From contig MHCB01000038.1 of NCBI GenBank assembly GCA_001816455.1, forward strand, positions 7,965 to 71,964: 64,000 bases of DNA, in the 5' to 3' direction. The notes beneath the pieces are model-generated. The model saw nothing but the letters and a program-made list of their open reading frames with translations, had not been told where the DNA came from and did no database searches. Numbering within the stretch: position 1 is the first letter of the stretch; each line of letters opens with the position of its first letter. The stretch is from Candidatus Blackburnbacteria bacterium RIFCSPHIGHO2_12_FULL_44_25 (GTDB lineage: Bacteria; Patescibacteriota; Microgenomatia; UBA8517; UBA10165). The translations under genes were made by a program, and so were the position numbers. Positions 19,251 through 27,339 of this stretch are shown here, one piece after another.

Positions 19251-19763
19251 TTAGAGTTGGGGTAAGGTTATCGTGTCGCCTACTTTTATACCGCGTTTAT
19301 TGGCAACCCCTGCTGGAATTTCTAAGACATAATCAACTTTAGCCCGGGGAGCGTATTTGGGGATTTGAGGGTCAGGGGTGTTATCTGGGATAGTAGGAAC
19401 ATTGCTTGTGATCTCTGAGACAACGTTGTCGTTAATCCAGATAATATCTATTGGAAACTTCATTCCTTTCATCCAAAAAGCTGGCTGCTCGTCTTTCTTT
19501 TCGAGAACAAACAGCATTCCCGAGTCCTCCGGAAGAGATTCGCGGCCGGATAGGCCGGTTTTTCTTGCTTGCTCGGTTTGAGCTACTTCCACTTTAAATT
19601 GGGAACTTCCTACTGTAAGTGTTTTTTGTGTCAGCGTTGGGGTGTTTGCAGTAGGGAGACCGGTTCTTGCGAAGAAAGCTTCAAGGTTTCCGGGTTTTGA
19701 AGACCAGTATGCTAAAAACATTACTCCGACAAGGAGTCCTAGTAAGGCTAAAAATTGTTTCAT
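19251..19763 (-). CDS. DUF192 family protein
   Basis: GLSGR, GMLF, FWMKGMKFPIDIIW and VLEIPAG. Confidence 0.9.
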   Translation of the reverse strand: MKQFLALLGLLVGVMFLAYWSSKPGNLEAFFARTGLPTANTPTLTQKTLTVGSSQFKVEVAQTEQARKTGLSGRESLPEDSGMLFVLEKKDEQPAFWMKGMKFPIDIIWINDNVVSEITSNVPTIPDNTPDPQIPKYAPRAKVDYVLEIPAGVANKRGIKVGDTITLPQL

Positions 19764-19789
19764 ATAACTAATTACTGATGACTGGTAAC

Positions 19790-19957
19790 TTACTTCTCAT
19801 TGTATACGGATGTCGACGCTCCTTGGACTTTTTCACCGGGCAAGTATAGGTCGAGCCAGGCCAGTGCTAGGGCAAAAACTAGGGTGGGAATTAGTAAAAA
19901 CAGGACAGAATGATGGTGCCTTTTACGGTGAGGTTTAAGATGGATATGGATGGGCAT
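19790..19957 (-). CDS. Small membrane peptide ending in VQGAST
   Basis: MPIHIHLKPH..., one TM helix; chained head-to-tail with its neighbours. Confidence 0.55.
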   Translation of the reverse strand: MPIHIHLKPHRKRHHHSVLFLLIPTLVFALALAWLDLYLPGEKVQGASTSVYNEK

Positions 19958-19959
19958 AG

Positions 19960-20109
19960 TTAGCAAAATTCGCAAGATTTATTCTTCTTGCCTTTGCTGC
20001 AACAATCTTTGCAACAATAATAGTTGCCAATTTTTGTATACTCTTTCCCCTTGATTACCTTACCACAGTTATAGCACCGAACAGTCTTTTTACTGGCAGC
20101 TTTGGGCAT
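19960..20109 (-). CDS. 49-aa Cys-rich metal-binding peptide
   Basis: MPKAASKKTVRCYNCGK...YYCCKDCCSKGKKNKSCEFC (8 Cys). Confidence 0.75.
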   Translation of the reverse strand: MPKAASKKTVRCYNCGKVIKGKEYTKIGNYYCCKDCCSKGKKNKSCEFC

Positions 20110-20213
20110 TTGGTCAAATGTAGTGTAGCGATTTGTGGATTGTGGTGTCAATGAGTAGTCGTGGTGGTTATGCCGTGGGTTGACTTTCGGTATAGATTCG
20201 GTACAGTTTATTT

Positions 20214-20843
20214 GTGGAGATGGAATGGTGTGCGAATTTGGCGTATGCGATTGGATTGATTGCTGCTGACGGTTGTTTATCAAATGATGGTAGGCATATA
20301 GAATTGACCTCGAAAGATAAGGAGCAAATACAGACCTTTTCTCGTGCGCTTGGTCTTAAAAATAGTATTGGTTTAAAGAAGAGTGGGTACAACCTATTAG
20401 GGAATTACTTTAGGATTCAGTTCGGAAATGTGAAGTTCTATCGTTTTTTGCTCGAAATTGGTTTGTTTCCTAATAAATCTAAGACTTTGGGTCCTCTGAA
20501 GATTCCACCTCTTTATTTTGCCGATTTCTTGAGGGGGTATTTAGATGGAGACGGAAACATTTCTGTTGCCAAACACCCTCAAAGTAGGTTGCCCCAACTT
20601 CGTGTGAGATTTTCTTCTGCTTCTCTTCTGTATTTGGAATGGCTTAGGAGTTGTGTGAAGAAGTCTTTTGATTTAAAGGGTGGTTTTATTGACAACGGTA
20701 TTTCAAAGTCGAGAGCTTATTATCTGGTTTTTTCGAAGGCGGACTCTGTAAAACTTTTGAGGGGTATGTATTATCGCGGTGTGGATACTTATTTGTCGAG
20801 GAAGTATAATGTTGCTCTGGGGTTTTTCTCGGGCGAGTGGTGA
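20214..20843 (+). CDS. Free-standing double-motif LAGLIDADG homing endonuclease-like protein
   Basis: [12 protein letters not shown] and [10 protein letters not shown] motifs, PNKSK and LSRK. The stop codon lies inside the tRNA-Leu 5' end. Confidence 0.88.
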   Translation: MEMEWCANLAYAIGLIAADGCLSNDGRHIELTSKDKEQIQTFSRALGLKNSIGLKKSGYNLLGNYFRIQFGNVKFYRFLLEIGLFPNKSKTLGPLKIPPLYFADFLRGYLDGDGNISVAKHPQSRLPQLRVRFSSASLLYLEWLRSCVKKSFDLKGGFIDNGISKSRAYYLVFSKADSVKLLRGMYYRGVDTYLSRKYNVALGFFSGEW

Positions 20844-20912
20844 AATTGGCAGACACGTACGCTTTAGGAGCGTATGGGGAAACCCTTGGAGGTTCGAGTC
20901 CTCTCTCGCCCA
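20831..20912 (+). tRNA. tRNA-Leu(TAG)
   Basis: GGGCGAGTGGTGAAATTGGCAGACAC; anticodon loop TTTAGGA; long variable arm; GGTTCGAGTCC. Confidence 0.93.
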
Positions 20913-20914
20913 CA

Positions 20915-20945
20915 ACAAAAAGCGCCCCTTGCGGAGCGCTCTTTG
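20915..20945. terminator. Bidirectional intrinsic terminator
   Basis: aaaaagcgccccttgcggagcgctcttt. Confidence 0.75.
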
Positions 20946-21050
20946 TATACCCGATAAATCGGGATATGCGGTCGCGTCGGATCTTTAGAATCTGACGGAC
21001 CAAAAACCCCAAAGTCTATGGGGGTTTAGGCCACAAACCTCAGGATCTAG
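20915..21050 (-). ncRNA. Candidate orphan structured small RNA
   Basis: Perfect TTGACA-17-TATAAT (21056-21084), three hairpins and a terminator; no credible ORF. Confidence 0.55.
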
Positions 21051-21140
21051 TGCGCATTATACCATATAAAATGCGAAGTGTCAAGAGTTATGAGATAGGG
21101 CTATTTGTGGATAAGTAGGTTTGGTGTGTTGGTTATGAGG

Positions 21141-21743
21141 TTATTCCATTTCACTCAAGAATTGGGTTACGCCGGCAGCCCATGTGCCAGGAGAAGACGG
21201 AGTGTACTTCCTCATTATTTCTTCCGGGGTTGTATACCCTTTGTTTAAGTAGTTCTCTTTTAGACCCTGAGAGACTGTTTCAATTGCTTCTGTGTAGTTT
21301 GAGAATCTTAGAGTTCCTCGGGCGTGTATCCCCCACCCCCAGCAGTTATAAGAATTTTCGGGAATTTTTTTGCAGAGATTTGACTCTTGTTGAGCTATTG
21401 CAACCAAGAGCCTAAAGTCGAGCTCGTTTTCTTCTGCTGCTTTAACGGCTTGTTCTGCGTAAGGAACTAGCGGGGAATCGTATTTTTCAAGATATTGTCT
21501 GATTATCTCTACTCTTGCGTCCCCTACAGTTGCAGCACCGGCGACTTTTCCTACTGGGTCGGGAATGGCGGCGTAAACTCTTGAGCCGTATCGAGGAGCC
21601 TGGACTTGGGTTGCTGTCTGCTCGATGTCTGCGAGAGGATCCAAGGGGGGTTTTGCAGAAACTACTTTTAAAGCAAAAACGCTTGTGAGAAGGGTTATTG
21701 GGGTGACTATGAAGAATGTCGCGAGATAAAGTAGGCTTCTCAT
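21141..21743 (-). CDS. Glucosaminidase/lysozyme-like peptidoglycan hydrolase
   Basis: LLVAIAQQES, NCWGWG, IMRKYTP and W..GV; N-terminal TM helix. Confidence 0.8.
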   Translation of the reverse strand: MRSLLYLATFFIVTPITLLTSVFALKVVSAKPPLDPLADIEQTATQVQAPRYGSRVYAAIPDPVGKVAGAATVGDARVEIIRQYLEKYDSPLVPYAEQAVKAAEENELDFRLLVAIAQQESNLCKKIPENSYNCWGWGIHARGTLRFSNYTEAIETVSQGLKENYLNKGYTTPEEIMRKYTPSSPGTWAAGVTQFLSEME

Positions 21744-21817
21744 TGGCAGATCCTGCCTGCCGGCCGGCAGGTGTTGCTATCAGAATGCCAAGTGAAACTC
21801 TTTATGTCAAATTTTTG

Positions 21818-21891
21818 CGCCCCCGGCAGGAGTTGAACCCGCAACCTCATCGTCCGAAGCGATGCGCTCTGTCCAGTTGAGCTACAGGGGC
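21818..21891 (-). tRNA. tRNA-Arg(TCG)
   Basis: GCCCCTGTAGCTCAACTGGACAGAGC; anticodon loop CTTCGGA. Confidence 0.92.
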
Positions 21892-21892
21892 G

Positions 21893-21967
21893 TGGTGGAT
21901 CGCCAGGGACTCGAACCCTGAACAGCCGCCTTAAGAGGGCGGTGCTCTACCATTGAGCTAGCGATCC
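21893..21967 (-). tRNA. tRNA-Lys(CTT)
   Basis: GGATCGCTAGCTCAATGGTAGAGC; loop CTCTTAA; encoded CCA. Confidence 0.94.
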
Positions 21968-22008
21968 AATTGAGGCTTTTGGCCTATCCGGCTACAATTA
22001 TACCAAAT

Positions 22009-23157
22009 ATGGATAATACCGAAAAACAAATCGAAGCTATTCAAGAGGAAATGCGCAAGACCCCGTACCATAAAGGTACTCAAAAGTGGTTTGGGAAAAT
22101 GCGGGCAAAGATAGCAAGGTTGAGAGACCAGATTCTCTGGCGTCCGTTTTTGGCAAGGCAAGGTGGGGGTGGTTTTTCCGTTCGTAAGTTTGGGGATAGT
22201 TCTGTTGTTTTAGTTGGTTTGCCTTCTGTTGGTAAATCCACTCTTCTTAATGCGCTGACTAATGCCAAATCCCCTACTGCAGAATATGCTTTTACTACGG
22301 TTTCTGTGATTCCTGGGATGATGAATTTCAATGGAGCACAAATTCAGATTTTGGACGTTCCCGGACTTATCGAAGGGGCTTCCAGAGGAGCAGGGCGTGG
22401 TCGGGAGGTTTTGTCGGTTGTACGAGGAGCTGACCTTCTTTTGATCATTGGTGAGCGTGGGAAAGAAGAGAATCAGTTTATGCAAATTGACCGTGAACTT
22501 TTAACAAACGGTGTTCGAATAAATCAGGAACCGCCAGAGGTTGCTGTTAAAAAGCTGCTTCGCGGGGGTATAAAGATAAATTCTACTTTTAAGCAAGAAA
22601 TTGACCGCGAGACGATTCGGGAGGTTGCAAAGGAGTTTGGGATTATAAATGCGGAGATTACTATTCGCGAGAAATTGACCCTTGATCGATTGATTGATGT
22701 GTTTGCCACGAGTCGTGTTTATGTGCCGGCTTTGTATGTTATTAATAAGGTGGATAAGCTGAATTTTGGTGGTACCCCTGAGGTGCGGGTACAATTTCAC
22801 TTCGGGAGTGAAGCAGGTACGACACCTCGGGAGGTTGTAAGGATCAGTGCGGAACGAGGGTTGGGGTTGGAGAGTTTGAGAGAGAAAATGTGGGAGGTGT
22901 TGGGGTTGGTAAGGGTTTATCTTCGTGATCCGAGAGGCCACCCCCGCAGTCATAGCGTGTTCGGTGGACGCTTGGACTTAGAGCAGGTGATAGTTCATAC
23001 GGAGGAAACGTTGGGTGGGGTTTTGGGAAAGTTGGGCCCCGATGCTTCTATTGGAAAAACTGAGGCGCGAATTTGGGGACCTGGGGCAAGATTCCCCGGG
23101 CAAATTGTTTCTTTGGGGACAAAGGTACAAGACAGGATGGAGGTAACTTTCGTTTAG
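22009..23157 (+). CDS. DRG-like OBG-family GTPase with TGS domain
   Basis: EEMRKTPYHKGT...RAKIARLR N-terminus; GLPSVGKS, YAFTT, DVPGLIEGA and NKVD; C-terminal ARIWGPGARFPGQ. Confidence 0.9.
   Translation: MDNTEKQIEAIQEEMRKTPYHKGTQKWFGKMRAKIARLRDQILWRPFLARQGGGGFSVRKFGDSSVVLVGLPSVGKSTLLNALTNAKSPTAEYAFTTVSVIPGMMNFNGAQIQILDVPGLIEGASRGAGRGREVLSVVRGADLLLIIGERGKEENQFMQIDRELLTNGVRINQEPPEVAVKKLLRGGIKINSTFKQEIDRETIREVAKEFGIINAEITIREKLTLDRLIDVFATSRVYVPALYVINKVDKLNFGGTPEVRVQFHFGSEAGTTPREVVRISAERGLGLESLREKMWEVLGLVRVYLRDPRGHPRSHSVFGGRLDLEQVIVHTEETLGGVLGKLGPDASIGKTEARIWGPGARFPGQIVSLGTKVQDRMEVTFV
22773..22835. repeat. Three REP-like units (about 25-bp period) in-frame inside the GTPase gene
   Basis: tacccctgaggtg, cacttcgggagtg (identical to the core at 11055) and acctcgggaggt. 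Confidence 0.7.
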
Positions 23158-23160
23158 GTA

Positions 23161-23205
23161 AGGCATTGGACGTTAGACATTGGAGGTTAGAAGTTGGATC
23201 GTTGG
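23161..23205. repeat. Degenerate 7-bp tandem array
   Basis: aggcatt ggacgtt agacatt ggaggtt agaagtt; same family as 3427-3467. Confidence 0.7.
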
Positions 23206-23254
23206 GGTGTGAACTTGTGGTTCAGGGACCCCAACGTGGGCGGGCGGGCGGCAG

Positions 23255-23941
23255 TTAGGTTGTGGGGGCGGCGGATAGGAGTGCCATTGAGTACAGGCAC
23301 TCATATCCCACTTCCAAGTAGGGATAGCAGCCCTCGACAAGGTCGTGGTCGCCTAGGAGTTTGGTGACCCTTATTTTGCAGACTCTGGTATCGACTTCGT
23401 CGACCACTCTGCATACAGCGTGGATTGTTCCACACATGACCTTCCTGTAGAGAACAACGGTTTGGCCGATGGTGGGGAGCGGGCGTAGATATGTTAAGGA
23501 AACGCTCCTGGATTGACCTGTTAGTACAGCATACTTCCCACTTCCGGCGTTTTCCAGAAAGATTATCTCGGCGCTGTCCTCGGCAAGACTGGTTATTCGT
23601 GCTCTGGCTTCTATGCCGGCGTAGGGGTTGTGGTAGGTGGCTTGGCCCCATGCGGCGAGCTGTTCGCGCTGTTTTTGTCTCGTACGACGCTTTTCTTCAA
23701 CGGCGTTGACGATGTCAGGGTGTTCGGCTCTGAGCTGGTCCCAGACGGCTTTCAGGCCTGCCAGCGTTTTTCGGTGCCAACGGCGTCTTTTCCATCCTTC
23801 AAACCGCGAGTCGACGAGCTCTTGTATGTCAGCCTCGGTTGTGTCAGGAAATTTGCCGAACCTGCCGCGGGTTACGGCGAGGAGACGTTCACGGCGACGG
23901 CTACGCACGACGGCTTCACGGTCATCGGCTGTGTATTCCAT
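23255..23941 (-). CDS. Hypothetical protein
   Basis: Long ORF; GGAGGAG SD before ATG 23941. Confidence 0.75.
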   Translation of the reverse strand: MEYTADDREAVVRSRRRERLLAVTRGRFGKFPDTTEADIQELVDSRFEGWKRRRWHRKTLAGLKAVWDQLRAEHPDIVNAVEEKRRTRQKQREQLAAWGQATYHNPYAGIEARARITSLAEDSAEIIFLENAGSGKYAVLTGQSRSVSLTYLRPLPTIGQTVVLYRKVMCGTIHAVCRVVDEVDTRVCKIRVTKLLGDHDLVEGCYPYLEVGYECLYSMALLSAAPTT

Positions 23942-23972
23942 TTTTCTCCTCCACATGAGAATGAGCAGCTTG

Positions 23973-23993
23973 TGACAGGGTGGAACCCTGTCA
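23973..23993. repeat. REP palindrome TGACAGGGT-nnn-ACCCTGTCA
   Basis: tgacagggtggaaccctgtca; same family as the RAYT-2 REPs. Confidence 0.85.
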
Positions 23994-24061
23994 ATGTTAA
24001 GGTGTGCGTGGGCATTGGGCTCACGACTTAGGGGGATTTTACAGCGTTTTGTTGTCTGGAG

Positions 24062-24454
24062 TCAAACTATGGGTTTGTTGGGGAAGGTGTGTGAGGGTTT
24101 TTCGAAGGTGTCGCGGTGAAAGTTCTTTTGCGAGTCTTTTTGTGTGTAGACGAGGCGTCTTTGAGGAAAAGACAGTCCTTGTAACATTCCGCCAATCATT
24201 AGTCCTTTGAAGAGTGTTGAATCAATCAAACCACCTGATACATAGATTGATATTAAAAGAAGAAGGGTGCAGTTGAACCAGTGATGGAGGTGGATTACTC
24301 TCCCTCTGGCAAATAATCTTATTGCCGGGGACAGCTGCAGTCTTTTTGTGATTTTTATTTCCGGGATCTTATAAGAGAATTTCGAGTGAGGGTGGCTTAG
24401 ATAGTAGAAAGCAGCGTAGCCCGAGATGATGGCAGGGATCAAGGTGAAGTTCAT
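24062..24454 (-). CDS. Hypothetical membrane protein with HLHHW motif
   Basis: Hydrophobic segments; IHLHHW and GGMLQGL. Confidence 0.75.
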   Translation of the reverse strand: MNFTLIPAIISGYAAFYYLSHPHSKFSYKIPEIKITKRLQLSPAIRLFARGRVIHLHHWFNCTLLLLISIYVSGGLIDSTLFKGLMIGGMLQGLSFPQRRLVYTQKDSQKNFHRDTFEKPSHTFPNKPIV

Positions 24455-24546
24455 TTGAAGGGAGTCAGCACAGTTAGGTTAATTATTCAGGAGCAATGTT
24501 GGAATGTCAAATGACCTAGTGGTAGTGGGTGGTATACTTATTAAGT

Positions 24547-25059
24547 ATGGCGGTAATACTTGACGGTGAAGAAAAAATAACTGCTAGGGCGCATGCAGAT
24601 TTGGAGGGAGATACGATTTCCGGAACTGCGGATTTTGAGGAACTTCAAATTGGCACCCAGACTTTGGTTCGTATAACTGTTGAGCTTTCTGGTGATCCGG
24701 AAAAACTTGTCCCGGGACTTCATGCTGTTCATATTCATGAGAAGGCAAGTTGTGAAGGGGGTTTTAAGTGCGCTGGGGGACATTTTGACCCGGGGCCTGC
24801 GGGGAATACGGACCCGGACGCGAACCATCCTTACCATGCTGGTGATTTGCCGAATATAGAAATCGGAGAGGATGGTAAGGGAAAATTACAGTGTGTTACG
24901 ACTCGTGTAACCCTTTCTCCGGGGCCTCTTTCCATATTGGAAGGTGAGGGCACTTCTCTCATGATTCATGGCAATCCGGACCCTTATCGTGGCGGACCTA
25001 CGGGTTCGGGGATTTCTGGCGGGCCAAGGGTTGCTTGTGGGGTGGTTAAAGTGGTGTGA
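24547..25059 (+). CDS. sodC: Cu/Zn superoxide dismutase family protein
   Basis: HAVHIHE, AGGHFDP, HAGDLPN, MIHGNPD and RVACGV. Confidence 0.92.
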   Translation: MAVILDGEEKITARAHADLEGDTISGTADFEELQIGTQTLVRITVELSGDPEKLVPGLHAVHIHEKASCEGGFKCAGGHFDPGPAGNTDPDANHPYHAGDLPNIEIGEDGKGKLQCVTTRVTLSPGPLSILEGEGTSLMIHGNPDPYRGGPTGSGISGGPRVACGVVKVV

Positions 25060-25077
25060 CAGGGTTCCACCCTGTCA
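25057..25077. repeat. REP palindrome supplying the sodC stop codon
   Basis: tgacagggttccaccctgtca; exact reverse complement of the 23973 copy. Confidence 0.85.
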
Positions 25078-25164
25078 AGGAGAATTGAACGACCGCCTGG
25101 TGCACGAAATGTGCTTGTCCCCGTTTAGGGACCCAGGCGGTCTTGTTGGTTGGTTTGGGCAGTG

Positions 25165-26280
25165 CTAGCTGGTTGAGGCGGCAGCCTCGCGGGCGCGGCG
25201 CTGTTGAGTGCGGACAGTGTGGCAGCGACCAAGGCCCACCTTGTAGAGGGGGCAAGGATCTCGCTGTGTTGAGCTGCACTCGCCTTCTTGGCACCACCGT
25301 TGGCGCTGAGCGTCAAAGACCCGTGGGTTCAGTGACACCATGAGGATCTCAAGGATGTCATGGAGTCCAAGCTTGGTTGGCGGCATGTTCCGAGCGGTAA
25401 GGCTCCCGTTGAGTAGCATCCCGCCATTCGGTTGGTAATACCACTCTTCGGAATGCTCGAGAACTCCCTCCCGACTCAGATCTTTCCATGGCAGATCTCC
25501 GAAAAGCTCCTTGGCTTCCATCTCGCGGATTCGGACCATGTGGACCGTATCGCGCATGGAGCTGCCTGAGGATTGGTTCGGAAGAATTTGTATGTGGCCG
25601 GATGTCTGCTGTTGAACGACGATGTCAGCCTTGTCGCCATACTTAGATCTGGCGTAGCCTAGGACCTGCTTGTTGTTTGAGCGAATCAGGACCACAGTGT
25701 AGACGCGGTTGCTGGGCCCAGGAATTTGTACGACCAACTTGTTCCGGTCGTAGTGCTCCTTGAGTTGGAAAAACCCTTCCTGGTTTTTGATGTATCCGCG
25801 GATGATGGCATCGACCCAGGAACGGACGGTTTCCGGATGATCAGGGTAAGCCAGGTGCATTTGCTTCACAAGTGAAGCAAGATCAAAGGTTCCTGCCTCG
25901 ACCTTTTCGCCGTCCAACATAGTCTCTTCGCCGAGGTCTCGTGCCTTTGTGAAGGCTAAGAGTCTTCCGAGCTCGGGCCTATCTGCGATTCCGAGGTCTT
26001 TGGCAATTAGCGTAGCGGCGCATTCGTTGAGCTTCCTTGCTTGGTCGCCGTTTGCGTGCTCGTCGAACTTGCCTCCCCAGATTCCAACGGCCAATACACC
26101 GCGTGCTTCCCACTCTTCGGCTGAAGTGCCATCGGGCGAGTTGCGGCCTGCGTCGTAGTACACGACTTTGGCGTTTTCAATGCCGGGATACTTCTGGCGT
26201 CCATAGCGCTGCAGTAAATAGATGCCAACATACTCGTCCAGATGTGGGTTGCGGTGCGTGGCGATTTGGTTAATCCGCAT
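25165..26280 (-). CDS. MYG1/DHH-like metal-dependent hydrolase with C-terminal Cys cluster
   Basis: IATHRNPHLDE and GGKFDEH resemble MYG1 TH..FH.DE / FDHH; CAATL; strong AAGGAGG SD. Confidence 0.6.
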   Translation of the reverse strand: MRINQIATHRNPHLDEYVGIYLLQRYGRQKYPGIENAKVVYYDAGRNSPDGTSAEEWEARGVLAVGIWGGKFDEHANGDQARKLNECAATLIAKDLGIADRPELGRLLAFTKARDLGEETMLDGEKVEAGTFDLASLVKQMHLAYPDHPETVRSWVDAIIRGYIKNQEGFFQLKEHYDRNKLVVQIPGPSNRVYTVVLIRSNNKQVLGYARSKYGDKADIVVQQQTSGHIQILPNQSSGSSMRDTVHMVRIREMEAKELFGDLPWKDLSREGVLEHSEEWYYQPNGGMLLNGSLTARNMPPTKLGLHDILEILMVSLNPRVFDAQRQRWCQEGECSSTQRDPCPLYKVGLGRCHTVRTQQRRAREAAASTS

Positions 26281-26344
26281 GGTGTTCCTCCTTTAAGGAA
26301 CCAGCTAGTAGGTATTGAGATTGCTCATCAATACCAGATTTAAA

Positions 26345-26474
26345 GTGCTGATTCAGCCGAAAGTCTTTCAGCTGACTCTTGGAACTTGCGAACAATTCGT
26401 AAGCTTCAAGAGTGTGTGCCAGCCGAGTGCCCTAGTTTCGCGTTGTTGTAACGCAATTTCAGGCACCCGGACTG
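26345..26474 (-). repeat. Structured intergenic repeat, copy A
   Basis: 81 bp identical to 27180-27260, plus a diverged hairpin that keeps its pairing. Confidence 0.9.
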
Positions 26475-26482
26475 GGTGAGAA

Positions 26483-27139
26483 TCAGTAGATTGGGCGACG
26501 CTTGCCGTAGAGATCTTGGTGGGTTTCTAGATCCTCGATCCATTCGCGAGTGCGCACGCGTCGTTCTCTGTCCCACTGCCGCTGGGTTGTTGGCGTGACT
26601 ACACACTCGATTATGCCGTTGACGGCCAGGAGGGTGAAGGTGCCACGCGGCGTCTTGAGCGTAAAGGTGTCGAGGTGTACCTCCTCTTCGTTGTGTCTAC
26701 CCATGGACACGATTTCGCGTGTCCCCATGAGTAGTTCGACGGGTGTATTGAAATCTGCCAGATAAGGAGAAAGTCCGTCGTAGTTCGCTCGGTGGAACTC
26801 CACGTCCCGTTCGACGACTTCGGTCATTCCCCCAAGCCCTACGTATGCAAGTGTGTATGCTTCTTGTATTGCGTGGGTGATGTCCCCGCGGATGATTTGG
26901 AGGAGTTCACGTTTTGACCGCGCCATATGTATTGGCGTTGACGATCTTTCCGCGAACTCTGCCGACCAGGGGATGCCCTGTGTGTCGTGCCAGATTTCTG
27001 TCTCGTCATCCCGGCGGATTTGAACCCACCGTTCGATGTTAAGGTCACTCGCTGAGTAAAACCTTACGCAGGAGCAGGTACGACAGTGGGTAGGCTTGTG
27101 ATTGTCGCGAGAGCAGTCACACATTGCGCAGTAGTTCAT
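26483..27139 (-). CDS. Hypothetical protein with N-terminal Cys/His (Zn-finger-like) motif
   Basis: MNYCAMCDCSRDNHKPTHCRTCSCVRF; AAGGAGG SD. Confidence 0.8.
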   Translation of the reverse strand: MNYCAMCDCSRDNHKPTHCRTCSCVRFYSASDLNIERWVQIRRDDETEIWHDTQGIPWSAEFAERSSTPIHMARSKRELLQIIRGDITHAIQEAYTLAYVGLGGMTEVVERDVEFHRANYDGLSPYLADFNTPVELLMGTREIVSMGRHNEEEVHLDTFTLKTPRGTFTLLAVNGIIECVVTPTTQRQWDRERRVRTREWIEDLETHQDLYGKRRPIY

Positions 27140-27179
27140 GACAAACCTCCTTTAGGGTCTAATTGATTCTGTTTTTATG

Positions 27180-27312
27180 GTGCTGATTCAGCCGAAAGTC
27201 TTTCAGCTGACTCTTGGAACTTGCGAACAATTCGTAAGCTTCAAGAGTGTGTGCCAGCCGGGTGCTCTAATTTCGCGTTGTTATACGCAATTTGTATTAG
27301 GCACCCGGGCTG
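27180..27312 (-). repeat. Structured intergenic repeat, copy B
   Basis: Direct repeat of 26345-26474. Confidence 0.9.
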
Positions 27313-27339
27313 TTTGTGGTTGTGCGGCCTATGTTTGTA

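Noticed and set aside
20160-20912. Group I intron or intein hosting the LAGLIDADG ORF
   Set aside because: The tRNA is intact, and no split host gene, intron core or intein splice residues are visible.
20915-21050. Assignment of the orphan RNA to SRP, 5S, 6S or hammerhead
   Set aside because: SRP domain IV, 5S conserved loops and the CUGAnGA/GAAA core are absent. It is short and branched rather than 6S-like, so it is left unassigned.
26345-27312. Repeat pair as a CRISPR array or integron attC sites
   Set aside because: The repeats are about 130 bp with a gene between them. I see no RYYYAAC/GTTRRRY ends, and no cas or intI gene is in the window.
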